Assembly (NCBI RefSeq): GCF_006345805.1
Contig: NC_043002.1
Coordinates: 107,694,001-107,758,000, forward strand
Origin: Octopus sinensis
Lineage: Eukaryota
DNA length: 64,000 nucleotides
Direction: 5' to 3'
Of this stretch, positions 63,366-64,000 are shown in pieces. The first letter of the stretch is position 1. Each line of letters starts with the position of its first letter. Under the pieces are notes generated by a model. It did no database searches, was not told the DNA's origin, and saw only the letters and a list, made by a program, of their open reading frames with translations. The translations under genes and the position numbers were made by a program.

Positions 63366-63401
63366 CTTTTACGTTTCGAGCCTACGCTCTTCTACAGAAA
63401 G
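63366..63401 (-). ncRNA. Hammerhead-like motif with variant core CUGUAGA
   Basis: CUUU-CUGUAGA-A-GAGC[GUAG]GCUC-GAA-ACGU-A-AAAG. Confidence 0.55.
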
Positions 63402-63503
63402 GGACACAGAAAAAAAAAACAAGGAAAGAAACAAGGATAGAAAAAAAAGGAGAGAGAAAAAAACAAGGAGAGAAAAAGTAGAGAAAAAAGGAGAGAAAAA
63501 ATA

Positions 63504-63648
<145 letters not shown>

Positions 63649-63659
63649 TGTATATATGG

Positions 63660-64000
63660 TTAATGGAGCCACCTCTATGAACACACAAATAGTGAGCGGT
63701 GTTCCACAGGGCACTATCTTGGGGGCCACTGTTTTTTATAGTGGCCCTCTCAGATATGCCCTCAAATGCCCTATAGCCAGTCTGGCTAGCTATGCAGACG
63801 ATATGAAAATACAGAACTCCAGCGATGTTGCACACCTGCAGCAGGAGTTAGACTCAATCTACAGATGGGCTGAGGATAATAATATGCAGTTTAATGCTGA
63901 AAAATTCCAGGCCCTACGCTACCAGCATCCAAAACTGAATATTAAACTTACAGGATACACCGGTCCACAGGGAATTTCAATCCCAGAGCCTAAGTCTGTG
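63660..64000 (+). pseudogene. CR1-group LINE reverse transcriptase fragment (5'-truncated, runs off the window)
   Basis: SGVPQGTILG-PLFF...SYADDMK...LQQELDSIYRWAEDNNMQFNAEK. Confidence 0.9.

Overview
Eukaryotic, AT-rich window made almost entirely of repeats, with one 100-N gap at 19293-19392. The repeat families match what I recall of Octopus (coleoid cephalopod) genomes; this is inference, not a database result. I found no recognisable host gene, and nearly all ORFs in the track are translated microsatellites or antisense TE fragments. Contents: (i) four tRNA-headed SINE families, labelled A-D here; (ii) 3' fragments of RLE-type (R4/Dong-like) LINEs in (AAT)n tracts, alongside a ~555-bp non-coding element E with the same target; (iii) RTE, CR1-type and Penelope (GIY-YIG) fragments; (iv) a Helitron PIF1 helicase pseudogene and non-autonomous Helitron-like ends; (v) Tc1/mariner relics and MITEs; (vi) several long palindromes and local duplications. 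The most notable signal is about a dozen hammerhead-ribozyme-like motifs of the Penelope type, with palindromic stem III. Only three have a fully canonical core. The others carry variant cores: CUGUNGA, CCGAUGA (on both arms of a palindrome) and a possible U3-A8 pair. Also notable are element E, a covarying 3'UTR hairpin in the RLE LINE, and apparent GGTA-directed self-nesting of SINE A. All alignments and folds were done by eye.
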